Source: an uncultured Aquimarina sp. (GTDB taxonomy: Bacteria; Bacteroidota; Bacteroidia; Flavobacteriales; Flavobacteriaceae). From it: DNA of 64,000 nucleotides. Numbering within the stretch: the first letter of the stretch is position 1; each line of letters begins with the position of its first letter. Location of the stretch: positions 6,325 to 70,324 of the forward strand of contig CANMML010000018.1 in assembly GCA_947499005.1 (NCBI GenBank), given 5' to 3'. The translations under genes were made by a program, and so were the position numbers. This document shows, piece by piece, positions 47,778-58,670 of this stretch. The notes under the pieces were generated by a model, which saw nothing but the letters and a program-made list of their open reading frames with translations, ran no database searches and was not told the DNA's origin.

Positions 47778-49379
47778 TTTCACTCTTTTTAAGTACAAAA
47801 AATCCTGTGCATTATTAGGTAGACCGATGATATTAGGTTGAGTGAAACGAACTACTTCGTCGTAATACAAAGGAATGATTGGAGCTTCATCTATTAAAAT
47901 AGAATCCATTTTTTTATACACCTTTTCTCGATTTATAATATCTGGAATCATAAAACTTTTTTCATACAGTTGGTCAAATTCTGTATTGTTAAAATGGGTG
48001 TAGTTAGGGCCGTTGGGAGTATGGTTTTTACTATAATAAGGAAGCATGAAGTTTTCTGCATCAGGGTAGTCTGCTATCCAACTGGCTCTAAAAAGAGGGA
48101 GTTCTCCAATATATTTTTGTTTTCTTAATTGAGGGGCGGGTAACACATCAATTTCAATAGTAATTCCTGTTTTTTCTAATTCTCTTTGGATGAATTCACA
48201 AAGATCTATATAATCTGCATTTGTAGATAAGCTTACCATTGGAGAATGATCGCCAGTTTCTTCTATGTATTTTTTTAAATAATATTTTGCTTTTTCAGGA
48301 TCATAGTTATAACCAATATTAGGAGAGTGCCCAACAATACCTCGAGGGATAAATCCACCTTCGGCAGGGAAACCAATATTGTTTCTTAGGAAAGTCATCA
48401 TTTTAGTGCGGTCGAAGCCATAATTGATAGCTTTGCGCAAATTTTTATTGGCTACAGGTGTGTTTTCATGATCCAAATAAATACCTATGTATTCTGTATT
48501 TAATGAAGGGCCTTTCTGCATATTGAATTTCCCGAGATATCGTTGTTGCAACTTTCCTTCATTCGTCAATAAATCATCCTTATAAGAGGTGTCAACATTG
48601 GGAAGCAAATCTAATTTCCCCTGAACAAACTGCAAGAATTCACTATGTTTATCTGGTAAAAAGCTAATGGCTACAGCTTCTAAATAAGGTAATTGAACTC
48701 CATTTTCATCTTTTTCAAAATACAAAGGATTCTTACGTAGTACTAGTTTTTCATTTTCAGTCCAAGCTTTTACATAAAAAGGCCCAGTACCGATAGGTTT
48801 TTTTCGATAATCGTAGCCATTTTCAAATTGTTCTTTCGGGATAATAGAAAAATAACGCATTGCTAATAAGCTTAAAAAAGCAGGAAATGGTTGTTTTAAT
48901 TTTATTTGAAATGTATTGTCATCAATAGCTTCATAGCTTTCCACCTGATCTAAAGTCCAACTTCCTGGTCCAGCAACTTTAGGATCTTTTAGTCGATTGA
49001 TGCAGAAAGTCGCATCGGAGGCAATTACCCTGCGTGTTTTGTTAGGGAAAATAGTATTGCTGTGAAAAAAGGCATCGTTTCTCAAATGAAATGTATACGT
49101 CTTCAAATCTTCACTAATCTCCCAGTGAGAAGCAAGATCTGGCATTACCATTAGGTCATCATCCAGTTGCACTAGACTATTGTAGATTTGATTCGTCGCC
49201 CAAATGATTTCCTTTTTACTCGCAAAAGCAGGATCTAATGAGGTAATGTTATCCGTTTCATTGTATCTAAAGACTAAATGTTCTCTTTTTTTGGATATAG
49301 GGGAATTACAATTGTAAAAGCATAAAGTGCTAATGACAATTAGAAATAATGATTTCAATTTTAGTTGGTATCTTTGCAT
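47763..49379 (-). CDS. ABC peptide/nickel-type substrate-binding lipoprotein (family 5)
   Basis: ITSLDPAFA, PDLASHWEIS..YTFHLR, PIGTGPF, WIADYPDAENF, EAPIIPLYY. Confidence 0.9.
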   Translation of the reverse strand: MQRYQLKLKSLFLIVISTLCFYNCNSPISKKREHLVFRYNETDNITSLDPAFASKKEIIWATNQIYNSLVQLDDDLMVMPDLASHWEISEDLKTYTFHLRNDAFFHSNTIFPNKTRRVIASDATFCINRLKDPKVAGPGSWTLDQVESYEAIDDNTFQIKLKQPFPAFLSLLAMRYFSIIPKEQFENGYDYRKKPIGTGPFYVKAWTENEKLVLRKNPLYFEKDENGVQLPYLEAVAISFLPDKHSEFLQFVQGKLDLLPNVDTSYKDDLLTNEGKLQQRYLGKFNMQKGPSLNTEYIGIYLDHENTPVANKNLRKAINYGFDRTKMMTFLRNNIGFPAEGGFIPRGIVGHSPNIGYNYDPEKAKYYLKKYIEETGDHSPMVSLSTNADYIDLCEFIQRELEKTGITIEIDVLPAPQLRKQKYIGELPLFRASWIADYPDAENFMLPYYSKNHTPNGPNYTHFNNTEFDQLYEKSFMIPDIINREKVYKKMDSILIDEAPIIPLYYDEVVRFTQPNIIGLPNNAQDFLYLKRVKKSIK

Positions 49380-49441
49380 ACCTTTTTTCGATCTTGTGTT
49401 AAAGATAATTTAAGGTATAAAAGTAACTATATTCATTTGAT

Positions 49442-50803
49442 ATGGCTTCCATAAAAAAAGTAGCATTTTACACATTGGGTTGTAAACTCAATTTTTCTGA
49501 AACATCAACTATTGCTAGGAATATAGCAAAAGAAGGTTTCGAGCGTGTTGACTTTTCGGAAGTAGCAGATTTATACGTCATTAATACGTGCTCGGTTACA
49601 GAGAATGCAGATAAGCGTTTTAAGACCATTGTAAAACAAGCGTTAAAAGCAAATGAAGAAGCTTTTGTAGCGGCAGTAGGGTGTTATGCGCAATTAAAAC
49701 CAGAAGAATTAGCCGCTGTTGATGGTGTAGATTTGGTGTTAGGAGCAACAGAAAAATTCAATATTACCAATTATATCGATGACCTTACGAAGAAAGAGGG
49801 AGGTTCGGTACATGCTTGTGAGATAGAGGATGCCGATTTTTATGTAGGATCTTACTCAATAGGAGATCGAACACGTGCTTTTTTGAAAGTGCAAGATGGT
49901 TGTGATTATAAATGTACATATTGTACGATTCCTTTAGCAAGAGGGATTTCTAGGAGTGATACCTTAGAAAATGTATTAAATAATGCAGCAGAAATTAGTG
50001 CTAAAGGGATTAAGGAAATTGTACTTACAGGGGTTAATATAGGTGATTACGGAAAAGGAGAGTTTGGAAATAAAAAACACGAACACACTTTTCTTGAATT
50101 GGTTCAAGCATTAGATAAAGTTAAAGGTATTGAGCGTCTTCGTATTTCTTCGATTGAGCCCAATCTATTAAGAAATGAAACGATTGATTTCGTGGCACAA
50201 TCGCAAACCTTTGTGCCTCATTTTCATATTCCACTACAATCGGGGTCAGATGAACTTCTAAAAAGAATGAAACGTCGTTACTTGAGTAATATATACGTTA
50301 ATCGTGTGACTCAAATTAAAGAAGTAATGCCACATGCTTGTATTGGAGTAGATGTTATTGTTGGTTTTCCAGGGGAAACAGATGAGTTATTTCTGGAAAC
50401 CTATAACTTCTTAAATGAATTGCCGATTTCTTATTTGCATGTGTTTACTTATTCTGAACGAGATAATACCGAAGCAGCAGAAATGGATGGAGTAGTGCCT
50501 CAACATGTGCGTTCTAAAAGAAGTAAAATGCTTCGAGGCTTATCTGTTAAGAAGCGATATGCTTTTTATGAATCTCAAATAGGATCGGAAAGAACCGTAT
50601 TATTTGAAGGGGATAACAGGGAAGGCTATATGTTTGGGTTTACTGAGAATTATGTTAAAGTCAAGACTCCGTGGAATCCAGCATTAGTAAATACGCTTCA
50701 AAGAGTGCGATTAGAAAAAATTGATGAAGATGGTTTGGTGTCTATTTCTTTTCTTAAGAAGCAAGAAGAAAAGGAATCAATAAAGAAGGCATTGGGTTTT
50801 TAA
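49442..50803 (+). CDS. mtaB: tRNA t6A37 methylthiotransferase (radical SAM)
   Basis: TLGCKLNFSE, VINTCSVT, LKVQDGCDYKCTYCTIP (CxxxCxxC), IVGFPGET. Confidence 0.95.
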   Translation: MASIKKVAFYTLGCKLNFSETSTIARNIAKEGFERVDFSEVADLYVINTCSVTENADKRFKTIVKQALKANEEAFVAAVGCYAQLKPEELAAVDGVDLVLGATEKFNITNYIDDLTKKEGGSVHACEIEDADFYVGSYSIGDRTRAFLKVQDGCDYKCTYCTIPLARGISRSDTLENVLNNAAEISAKGIKEIVLTGVNIGDYGKGEFGNKKHEHTFLELVQALDKVKGIERLRISSIEPNLLRNETIDFVAQSQTFVPHFHIPLQSGSDELLKRMKRRYLSNIYVNRVTQIKEVMPHACIGVDVIVGFPGETDELFLETYNFLNELPISYLHVFTYSERDNTEAAEMDGVVPQHVRSKRSKMLRGLSVKKRYAFYESQIGSERTVLFEGDNREGYMFGFTENYVKVKTPWNPALVNTLQRVRLEKIDEDGLVSISFLKKQEEKESIKKALGF

Positions 50804-50830
50804 TTTGAAAATAGTGCTTTGCTTTTGAAA

Positions 50831-50865
50831 TTCTTCATTCTGAATTCATCATTCATAATTCTAGT
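50831..50865. repeat. Heptamer array (5 units)
   Basis: ttcttca ttctgaa ttcatca ttcataa ttctagt. Confidence 0.6.
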
Positions 50866-50869
50866 TTAC

Positions 50870-50877
50870 TATTTTTG
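50870..50877 (+). promoter_or_regulatory. -7 promoter element of the ABC-F gene
   Basis: TATTTTTG, 23 bp before the ATG. Confidence 0.6.
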
Positions 50878-50899
50878 CCGCGAATAAAACACTTATTAC

Positions 50900-52516
50900 A
50901 TGTTATCAGTTTCTAATTTATCAGTACAGTTTGGAAAACGTGTGCTTTTTGATGAAGTAAATACAAAATTTTCTCACGGGAATTGTTATGGAATCATTGG
51001 AGCCAATGGGGCAGGGAAGTCTACATTTTTGAAGATTTTAACTGGAAAGATGGATGCGACCTCAGGTCATGTACATCTTGAGAAAGGAAAGCGTATGTCG
51101 GTGTTAGAGCAGAACCACAATGCTTACGACGAACATACGGTATTAGAAACCGTGGTAATGGGAAATAAAGATCTGTTTAAGATTAAAACAGAGATTGATG
51201 CATTGTATGCTGATTATACAGATGAAAATGCCGAAAAAATTGGAGAACTTCAAGTAAAGTTCGAAGAAATGGACGGTTGGAATGCTGATAGTAATGCAGC
51301 TCAGTTGCTTTCTAGTTTAAATATAAATGCAGAATTGCATTATACCGTAATGGGCGATCTAGATGGAAAGCAAAAAGTACGTGTATTGATTGCGCAAGCC
51401 TTATTTGGTAATCCAGATGTGTTAATCATGGATGAGCCTACCAATGACTTGGATTATGAAACGATTGTTTGGTTAGAGCATTTCTTAGCTAATTATGAAA
51501 ATACGGTGATTGTAGTTTCGCATGACCGTCACTTTTTAGACGCAGTATGTACACATATTTCGGATATTGATTTTGGGAAGATTAATCACTACAGTGGAAA
51601 TTATACGTTTTGGTACGAATCTTCTCAGTTAGCAGCTAAACAAAGAGCTCAGCAAAATAAGAAGGCAGAAGATAAGAAGAAAGAATTGCAAGAGTTTATT
51701 GCAAGATTTAGTGCTAACGTTGCGAAATCGAAACAAGCGACTTCTCGTAAGAAGATGATCGAAAAGTTAGATATCGAGCAAATTAAACCTTCAAGTCGCC
51801 GTTATCCAGCGATTATTTTTGAGCGCGAGCGTGAAGCAGGAGATCAAATTTTAAATATAGAAGGATTAGCGGCAAGTATCGAAGGAGATATCTTATTTAA
51901 AGATATTGATATCAATTTGGCTAAAGGAGATAAAGTAGTTGTGTTCTCAAAAGATTCGCGTGCGGCAACCGCTTTTTATCAAGTGTTAAATGAAAAACAA
52001 CAAGCTGATGCAGGAACTTTCCAATGGGGGGTTACTACAACGCAGTCTTATCTTCCTTTAGATAATAGTGAATACTTCAAAGAAGAAGTAAACCTTATTG
52101 ATTGGTTACGTCAATATGCGCAAACCGAAGAAGAGCGAGAAGAAGTAAATATTCGTGGATTCTTAGGAAAAATGATTTTTAGTGGAGAGGAAGCCTTTAA
52201 AATGGGTAATGTCTGTTCTGGAGGAGAAAAGGTACGCTTGATGCTTTCTAAGATGATGATGGCAAAAGCAAATGTGCTAATGTTAGATGAGCCAACAAAC
52301 CACTTAGATCTGGAATCTATTACAGCATTTAACAATTCGTTGAAAAAATTCCCAGGTACCGTTTTATTGACTACTCATGATCATGAGTTTGCGAATACTG
52401 TGGGTAATAGAATTATGGAGTTGACACCAAAAGGGATTATAGATCGTTATATGACTTTTGATGAATATATGAGTGATTCAAAAATTAAAGAGTTGAGAAG
52501 TAAAATGTATTCTTAA
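50900..52516 (+). CDS. ABC-F family ATPase (YbiT-like)
   Basis: Two ABC domains, GANGAGKS, LIMDEPTNDLD, LMLDEPTNHLD, no TM segments. Confidence 0.92.
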   Translation: MLSVSNLSVQFGKRVLFDEVNTKFSHGNCYGIIGANGAGKSTFLKILTGKMDATSGHVHLEKGKRMSVLEQNHNAYDEHTVLETVVMGNKDLFKIKTEIDALYADYTDENAEKIGELQVKFEEMDGWNADSNAAQLLSSLNINAELHYTVMGDLDGKQKVRVLIAQALFGNPDVLIMDEPTNDLDYETIVWLEHFLANYENTVIVVSHDRHFLDAVCTHISDIDFGKINHYSGNYTFWYESSQLAAKQRAQQNKKAEDKKKELQEFIARFSANVAKSKQATSRKKMIEKLDIEQIKPSSRRYPAIIFEREREAGDQILNIEGLAASIEGDILFKDIDINLAKGDKVVVFSKDSRAATAFYQVLNEKQQADAGTFQWGVTTTQSYLPLDNSEYFKEEVNLIDWLRQYAQTEEEREEVNIRGFLGKMIFSGEEAFKMGNVCSGGEKVRLMLSKMMMAKANVLMLDEPTNHLDLESITAFNNSLKKFPGTVLLTTHDHEFANTVGNRIMELTPKGIIDRYMTFDEYMSDSKIKELRSKMYS

Positions 52517-52561
52517 GAATTTATTGCCAATTAAGGGTATCTAATAGGTCTTAAAATAAAG

Positions 52562-52625
52562 AGGTCTAAAAAGTCAAACCTATGTCATTGAAATTGCAAT
52601 GATGGTTTTTGGACTTTTTAGACCT
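52562..52625. terminator. Long bidirectional hairpin between convergent genes
   Basis: aggtctaaaaagtc/gactttttagacct 14-bp arms plus inner aaacc/ggttt and tcattg/caatga stems. Confidence 0.7.
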
Positions 52626-52659
52626 TTTTTGTTTTATCTATACTATAAATTGTTTTGTA

Positions 52660-53247
52660 TTACCTATAAGGAGGCCCAGATACCCAACCCACAATAGATT
52701 GACGAGTTCCTTTTGTGATAGGAGTAACTCGATGCATTATAAAAGAAGGGAACACAATAACGGTACCTTTAGTTCTTGGGGCAGTCACAATCTTTTGGTT
52801 GATCATAAATTGTAAATCACCTCCCTCATACTCATCTGGATCTGATAATTGAACAGTGACACTTAATTTTCTTGCGGAAATTTCTCCGGCTCCAAAATCT
52901 AAATGCCAATCAAAAAAATCACCTTCAGAATATTTTGTTAGTTGTAATTCTTGATGGAACCCTAATAAATCGAACCAATAGCTTTCGTTATTGGTTTTTA
53001 TAGCAACAGAGCCTAATTTGTGATATAGCCAATCATTTTCGGGGGTATTATCAATAAAGATTACAGAGCTTTTCCTTATTTCATCATTGTATTTTTGATC
53101 TCCGCTTATCGTCGCTTTAATTGCTTTCTCTTCTTCCCAAAGATTGTGTATTCGATCAATTTCATGAGGAAGTACTAAGCCTGAATAATAAATGAATTCA
53201 GTGAAATTATGCTTTAAAGGGAGTCCAAAAGAATAGTTTATTGACAT
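52660..53247 (-). CDS. 2OG-Fe(II) oxygenase (prolyl-4-hydroxylase-like)
   Basis: WHLD (HxD), RKLSVTVQL, YEGGDL, FPSFIMHRVTPITKGTRQSIVGW. Confidence 0.92.
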   Translation of the reverse strand: MSINYSFGLPLKHNFTEFIYYSGLVLPHEIDRIHNLWEEEKAIKATISGDQKYNDEIRKSSVIFIDNTPENDWLYHKLGSVAIKTNNESYWFDLLGFHQELQLTKYSEGDFFDWHLDFGAGEISARKLSVTVQLSDPDEYEGGDLQFMINQKIVTAPRTKGTVIVFPSFIMHRVTPITKGTRQSIVGWVSGPPYR

Positions 53248-53428
53248 TTTGATGAGGTTAATTACAATTCGTTGATCTGTATAGGTTACAATATAATGTT
53301 AATCGTGCAAAAATTATTAAGTGTTCTAGATTTTTGTTGAGAGGTATATGATAGGTGCTATATCAATTTTGATGATTTCGGTTTTAGTATAAATAGTGTA
53401 TATTTAATTAATCAATAACTAAAGAATT

Positions 53429-53755
53429 ATGATTGTTTACGGAACTAGAACTCCGCATGTAGCTACAGAAAGAGTGAATAATTTGGTATGTGAAAACTGC
53501 GAAAACCAAAATACATTAAGAGTGAGTGTGTTTAGAACACATGCGCATGTTTTTTGGATTCCTTTATTTCCAATTTATAAAAAAGTGTTTTCGGAATGCG
53601 ATCACTGTAAGCAAGTCTTGAAAGAAAAGGAAATGCCTGAGCGATTAAAGCGAAAAGCTGTAGCATTTAAAAAAGATGCTAAAGGGCCAATATGGCAATT
53701 TGCAGGATTATTGTTAATTGCTGTTTTAGTAATCGCTGTAAGTGTTTCTAAATAG
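53429..53755 (+). CDS. Zinc-ribbon membrane protein
   Basis: CENC..CDHC pairs, HVFWIPLFP, C-terminal TM. Confidence 0.8.
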   Translation: MIVYGTRTPHVATERVNNLVCENCENQNTLRVSVFRTHAHVFWIPLFPIYKKVFSECDHCKQVLKEKEMPERLKRKAVAFKKDAKGPIWQFAGLLLIAVLVIAVSVSK

Positions 53756-53789
53756 GTAAATACTGAATTAGTAATAGTTTGTTAAGAAA

Positions 53790-54542
53790 CTACATCTTAT
53801 TAATAATCTCAGTAATATTTTTGGTTAGAAAGTCGAAGTATATTCCATAGGAATGCACAAATTGTTCTTCGGTGTCAGGAGTGTTGAATTCTCCAAAAGG
53901 AGGGACTTCGTCTGTTATTGGAGTAGAGATAAATGTAGGAGATACACCTTTTCTAATATTAATAATTTTTCTCTCTTCGTCCATAAGGAAAATACTAGGT
54001 AATCCTAAAGAATGTTTTAGGATAGGTATTACTGTTGTATGTGAATTGTCCAATTCATTTACATACAATATTGTGATATTTTCATCAAACTCTTTTCTGG
54101 ATTCTCTAATGACTTCAGGAGAATTCCAATATAAGATCACAAAGTCTATGATATCTCCAAACTCAGCAGCCACATCATTTAGGGCTTTGATTTCTGAATC
54201 ATTGGGCTCAGCCCAGATAGCAGAAGTTTTTAGATATATAGGTTTGGTAAACTCATCAAACTCAAACTCTCGTCTGGTTTTGTAATCATTTACTTTAAAA
54301 TTATCAAATGTAGTTCCTATTAATACCTTTCCTATTAGCGAGTCATACAAAAATTGAGCACGCTCCAAATCTTCTGTTTTATAGGCTAAACTGCTATTAT
54401 TCCTGTATCTTTTGATATTAGTAGCAATAGCTTCTGAAAATGATCTGGTTTCAGAAGTAGGAAGCCGAAGTTCTGCAGACTCTTGCCCGTAAAATAGATG
54501 TGTAGAAAGAAATAAAAAGCAAATAATGCTAAATAGTTTCAT
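53790..54542 (-). CDS. Secreted thioredoxin-fold (TlpA-like) protein lacking CxxC
   Basis: KPIYLKTSAIWAEP..EIKALN..LGLPSIFLMDE; no Cys in the mature part. Confidence 0.55.
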   Translation of the reverse strand: MKLFSIICFLFLSTHLFYGQESAELRLPTSETRSFSEAIATNIKRYRNNSSLAYKTEDLERAQFLYDSLIGKVLIGTTFDNFKVNDYKTRREFEFDEFTKPIYLKTSAIWAEPNDSEIKALNDVAAEFGDIIDFVILYWNSPEVIRESRKEFDENITILYVNELDNSHTTVIPILKHSLGLPSIFLMDEERKIINIRKGVSPTFISTPITDEVPPFGEFNTPDTEEQFVHSYGIYFDFLTKNITEIINKM

Positions 54543-54669
54543 AAGTAGTATTTGAGTAGCTTATCAAATGTACAATTTTCTGTTAAAATCTAAATTTTAA
54601 ACTTAATTATATACTTAAGTATAACTTTTGTGAGTGCTTATTATTACAATAGAAAACAAAAAAAGCGAA

Positions 54670-55185
54670 TTATATTCGCTTCATTTGTTGTTTCATCATC
54701 GTAATTTGGTCTTTAAGTACTCCGTACTTATCTAATTTTTTGGCTTCAGTCAATAAAGTCTGAGCTTCACGTTTTCTGCGTTTCGTCATCGCAATTCCGG
54801 CAAGATTTAATTTAGCGACCGCTATATCTTGGTTCATGCTTAACCCTAATTTTAACGCTTTACGTAAATGTTTTTCAGCTTGCGTAATGTTAGTTTGCGA
54901 AAGAATAATTCCCTTTAAGTAGTTGTAATACCCGTGTTGCTTCTGGGTAAGGGCTGTTTCGGGGTTCTTTATTTTATCTAGTAATCGACTAGTACCATCC
55001 ATGTCCTGTTTACGCAGTTTAAGAAATGATAATAGAATGATCTCGTTTTTAAAATAAAGAAAAATAAAAATTCCGGCGATTAACAAAAGAAAAATACCAT
55101 TCCCAATAAAGCTTTCGATAAATTGATAAACAGCTAATCCTATAAGGGCTACGGCTAAAACAAGTTTGATGTTTTTATTAAACAT
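54670..55185 (-). CDS. Conserved flavobacterial membrane protein with TPR-like C-terminus (DUF2892-type annotation)
   Basis: Two N-terminal TM segments; YYNYLKG..AEKHLRKAL..AKLNLA helical repeats. Confidence 0.7.
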   Translation of the reverse strand: MFNKNIKLVLAVALIGLAVYQFIESFIGNGIFLLLIAGIFIFLYFKNEIILLSFLKLRKQDMDGTSRLLDKIKNPETALTQKQHGYYNYLKGIILSQTNITQAEKHLRKALKLGLSMNQDIAVAKLNLAGIAMTKRRKREAQTLLTEAKKLDKYGVLKDQITMMKQQMKRI

Positions 55186-55210
55186 ATAGTGTATATTAAA
55201 CTAATGTTTG

Positions 55211-55281
55211 CAAATGTAAGGATAAGTAAAGAAAAAATTAAATTTTCCTACTTGTTGAAACAAAAAGTCTTTGTATATTTG
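55211..55281. promoter_or_regulatory. Back-to-back -7 elements
   Basis: TACATTTG on minus (55211-55218) and TATATTTG on plus (55274-55281). Confidence 0.7.
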
Positions 55282-55352
55282 CACCCAGCTTTTGGGAAAC
55301 CATAAAGCGAGTAAGTAAACACGATTTTCGATAGACTTATAAAGATACTAAA

Positions 55353-55514
55353 ATGAGTAAAAGAACATATCAGCCGTCAAAAAGAAAAAGAAAAAACAAG
55401 CACGGTTTTAGAGAAAGAATGGCTTCTGCAAACGGAAGAAAAGTACTTGCTCGTAGAAGAGCTAAAGGTAGAAAGAAACTTTCTGTTTCATCAGAAATTA
55501 GACACAAACACTAG
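55353..55514 (+). CDS. rpmH: 50S ribosomal protein L34 (53 aa, below the ORF-track cutoff)
   Basis: Manual translation [53 protein letters not shown]. Confidence 0.98.
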   Translation: MSKRTYQPSKRKRKNKHGFRERMASANGRKVLARRRAKGRKKLSVSSEIRHKH

Positions 55515-55536
55515 TTGTGGGTTGTGAACCATATAT

Positions 55537-55571
55537 AGGTGTTACTTTTTTTATAGGTAACGCCTTTTTTT
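55537..55571 (+). terminator. Terminator after rpmH
   Basis: aggtgttac..gtaacgcct followed by a T run. Confidence 0.7.
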
Positions 55572-55702
55572 ATGCCTAATTAAGCCAAGTTTAAGTTTAG
55601 ACAATTGAGAGTGTAGACTCTTATTTTTTTCAAAATTATTTACGATTTTTATAGTTCGTGAGTTTACTTACGAGATAGACAAAGAAATAAAACCTTTTTC
55701 CG

Positions 55703-58555
55703 ATGCCAAAAAATAAAGATTTAAAATGTGTGTTGCTTATAGGTTCTGGGCCAATTGTTATTGGACAAGCCTGTGAATTTGATTATTCAGGATCACAATC
55801 CTTACGTTCATTACGTGAAGATGGTATCGAAACTGTTTTAATTAATTCGAACCCTGCGACTATCATGACTGATCCCTCTATGGCAGATCATGTTTACTTA
55901 AAGCCATTAAATACAAAATCTATCATCGAGATTTTGAAAAATCACCCAAATATTGACGCTGTTTTACCTACAATGGGTGGACAAACTGCACTTAATTTGT
56001 GTATTGAAGCTCAAGAAAAAGGAATTTGGGATGACTTTGATGTGAAATTGATTGGTGTTGATATTGATGCAATTAATGTTACAGAAGATAGAGAGCAGTT
56101 TAGAGAATTAATGGAAAAAATTGGAGTTGGAATGGCTCCACAAGCTACAGCAAATTCTTTCCTAAAAGGTAAAGAAATTGCACAAGAGTTTGGTTTCCCA
56201 TTATGTATACGCTCTTCTTACACTTTAGGTGGAGCAGGTGCAGCAATCGTTCATAAAGAAGAAGATTACGATAAATTATTAACTCTTGGTTTGGAAGCAT
56301 CTCCAATTCACGAAGTAATGATTGATAAAGCATTATTAGGTTGGAAAGAGTATGAGTTAGAGTTATTACGTGATAGAAATGATAATGTAGTTATCATTTG
56401 TACTATCGAAAATATGGATCCAATGGGAATCCATACAGGGGATTCGATTACTGTAGCTCCTGCAATGACTTTATCAGATAAAACGTTCCAAAGAATGCGT
56501 GATATGGCTATCCATATGATGCGTAGTATTGGAGATTTTGAAGGAGGGTGTAATGTGCAGTTTGCTGTTAGCCCAGATGAAAGAGAAGAAATTATTGCGA
56601 TTGAAATCAACCCACGTGTATCTCGTTCTTCTGCATTAGCGTCTAAAGCGACGGGATATCCAATTGCAAAAGTAGCTACCAAATTAGCTATAGGATATAC
56701 CTTAGATGAGTTAGATAACCAAATTACAGGAAATACTTCTGCGTTATTCGAACCTACATTAGATTATGTAATTGTTAAGATTCCTCGTTGGAATTTCGAC
56801 AAGTTTGAAGGTGCTGATCGTACATTAGGATTACAAATGAAAGCAGTAGGAGAGGTAATGGGGATTGGACGTTCGTTCCAAGAAGCATTACACAAAGCTA
56901 CGCAATCATTAGAAATCAAACGTAATGGATTAGGGGCAGATGGTAAAGGTTATAGAGATTATGATACCATTATCGAAAAGCTAACTAATGCTAGTTGGGA
57001 TCGTGTATTTGTATTATATGATGCGATCCAAACAGGTATTCCTTTAAGCCGTATTCACGAGATCACTAAGATCGATATGTGGTTCTTAAAGCAATATGAA
57101 GAATTACATTTCTTAGAAAAAGAGATAGAGAAATACAATATTTCATCACTCCCTAAAGAATTATTGTTGGAAGCAAAACAAAAAGGTTTTGCTGACAGAC
57201 AGATAGCTCATATGTTGCGATGTGTCGAAAGTGAGGTATATAATAAGCGTCAAGAATTAAAAATTAATCGTGTTTATAAATTAGTAGATACGTGTGCTGC
57301 AGAATTTAAGGCGCAAACACCTTATTACTATTCTACTTTCGAAAGTGATGTTGAAAGTCCAGCAGGAGTTATTTCTGTTCACAACGAAAGTCGTGTAACG
57401 GATAAGAAAAAGGTAGTTGTGTTAGGTTCTGGGCCAAACCGTATCGGACAAGGGATCGAATTTGATTATTGTTGTGTTCATGGAGTATTAGCTTCAGCAG
57501 AATGTGGTTATGAAACGATCATGATTAACTGTAACCCAGAAACGGTATCTACCGATTTTGATACAGCCGATAAATTGTATTTTGAACCTGTATTCTGGGA
57601 GCATATCTACGATATTATTCAGCATGAAAAGCCAGAAGGTGTAATTGTTCAGTTAGGTGGTCAAACGGCATTGAAATTAGCTGAAAAATTAGAGCGATAT
57701 GGTATTAAGATATTGGGAACTAGTTACAAGGCATTAGATTTAGCTGAAGACCGTGGTAGCTTTTCAACTTTATTGAAAGATAACAACATCCCTTATCCAG
57801 AATTTGGAGTAGCTACAAATGCAGACGAAGCTTTGGCTTTGGCAGATGAATTGGATTTCCCAATTTTAGTACGTCCTTCATATGTATTAGGTGGTCAAGG
57901 AATGAAGATTGTAATCAATAAGAAAGAGTTAGAAGCTCACGTTATTGATTTATTAAATCGTATTCCAAATAACAAATTATTATTGGATCATTATCTAGAT
58001 GGTGCGATAGAAGCAGAAGCAGATGCAATTTGTGATGGTGAAAATGTTTACATTATCGGTATCATGGAGCACATCGAACCTTGTGGAGTTCACTCTGGAG
58101 ATTCAAATGCAACATTGCCTCCATTTAATTTAGGAGAGTTTGTAATGCAACAAATTAAAGACTATACGAAGACTATTGCTTTGGCATTAGAGACTGTAGG
58201 TTTAATTAATATTCAGTTTGCGATTAAAGAAGATAAAGTATACATCATCGAAGCAAACCCAAGAGCTTCTCGTACGGTTCCATTTATAGCAAAAGCTTAT
58301 GGAGAGCCTTACGTAAATTACGCTACGAAAGTAATGTTAGGAGAGAAAAAAGTAACAGACTTTGATTTCAATCCTCAATTAGAAGGCTATGCAATCAAAC
58401 AACCTGTATTCTCGTTCAATAAATTCCCTAATGTAAATAAGAAATTAGGACCAGAAATGAAATCTACAGGAGAGAGTATCTTGTTTATTGATAGCTTGAA
58501 GGACGATGCTTTTTATGAGTTGTATTCAAGAAGAAAGATGTACTTAAGTAAGTAG
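55703..58555 (+). CDS. carB: Carbamoyl-phosphate synthase large subunit
   Basis: IGSGPIVIGQACEFDYSG, GIHTGDS, IEINPRVSRSSALASKATG, GSGPNRIGQGIEFDY; 950 aa, C-terminal MGS domain not evident. Confidence 0.98.
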   Translation: MPKNKDLKCVLLIGSGPIVIGQACEFDYSGSQSLRSLREDGIETVLINSNPATIMTDPSMADHVYLKPLNTKSIIEILKNHPNIDAVLPTMGGQTALNLCIEAQEKGIWDDFDVKLIGVDIDAINVTEDREQFRELMEKIGVGMAPQATANSFLKGKEIAQEFGFPLCIRSSYTLGGAGAAIVHKEEDYDKLLTLGLEASPIHEVMIDKALLGWKEYELELLRDRNDNVVIICTIENMDPMGIHTGDSITVAPAMTLSDKTFQRMRDMAIHMMRSIGDFEGGCNVQFAVSPDEREEIIAIEINPRVSRSSALASKATGYPIAKVATKLAIGYTLDELDNQITGNTSALFEPTLDYVIVKIPRWNFDKFEGADRTLGLQMKAVGEVMGIGRSFQEALHKATQSLEIKRNGLGADGKGYRDYDTIIEKLTNASWDRVFVLYDAIQTGIPLSRIHEITKIDMWFLKQYEELHFLEKEIEKYNISSLPKELLLEAKQKGFADRQIAHMLRCVESEVYNKRQELKINRVYKLVDTCAAEFKAQTPYYYSTFESDVESPAGVISVHNESRVTDKKKVVVLGSGPNRIGQGIEFDYCCVHGVLASAECGYETIMINCNPETVSTDFDTADKLYFEPVFWEHIYDIIQHEKPEGVIVQLGGQTALKLAEKLERYGIKILGTSYKALDLAEDRGSFSTLLKDNNIPYPEFGVATNADEALALADELDFPILVRPSYVLGGQGMKIVINKKELEAHVIDLLNRIPNNKLLLDHYLDGAIEAEADAICDGENVYIIGIMEHIEPCGVHSGDSNATLPPFNLGEFVMQQIKDYTKTIALALETVGLINIQFAIKEDKVYIIEANPRASRTVPFIAKAYGEPYVNYATKVMLGEKKVTDFDFNPQLEGYAIKQPVFSFNKFPNVNKKLGPEMKSTGESILFIDSLKDDAFYELYSRRKMYLSK

Positions 58556-58576
58556 AAATTAGATTCTTATAATATT

Positions 58577-58610
58577 AAGGTCGGTAATTGAAAAAATTGC
58601 CGACCTTTTT
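58577..58610 (+). terminator. Terminator after carB
   Basis: aaggtcggtaatt..aattgccgacc followed by a T run. Confidence 0.75.
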
Positions 58611-58670
58611 CATTTTTTTAACATATTCTTTAACATATTCATTTATTTTTGTTATGATATCGATAAACAT

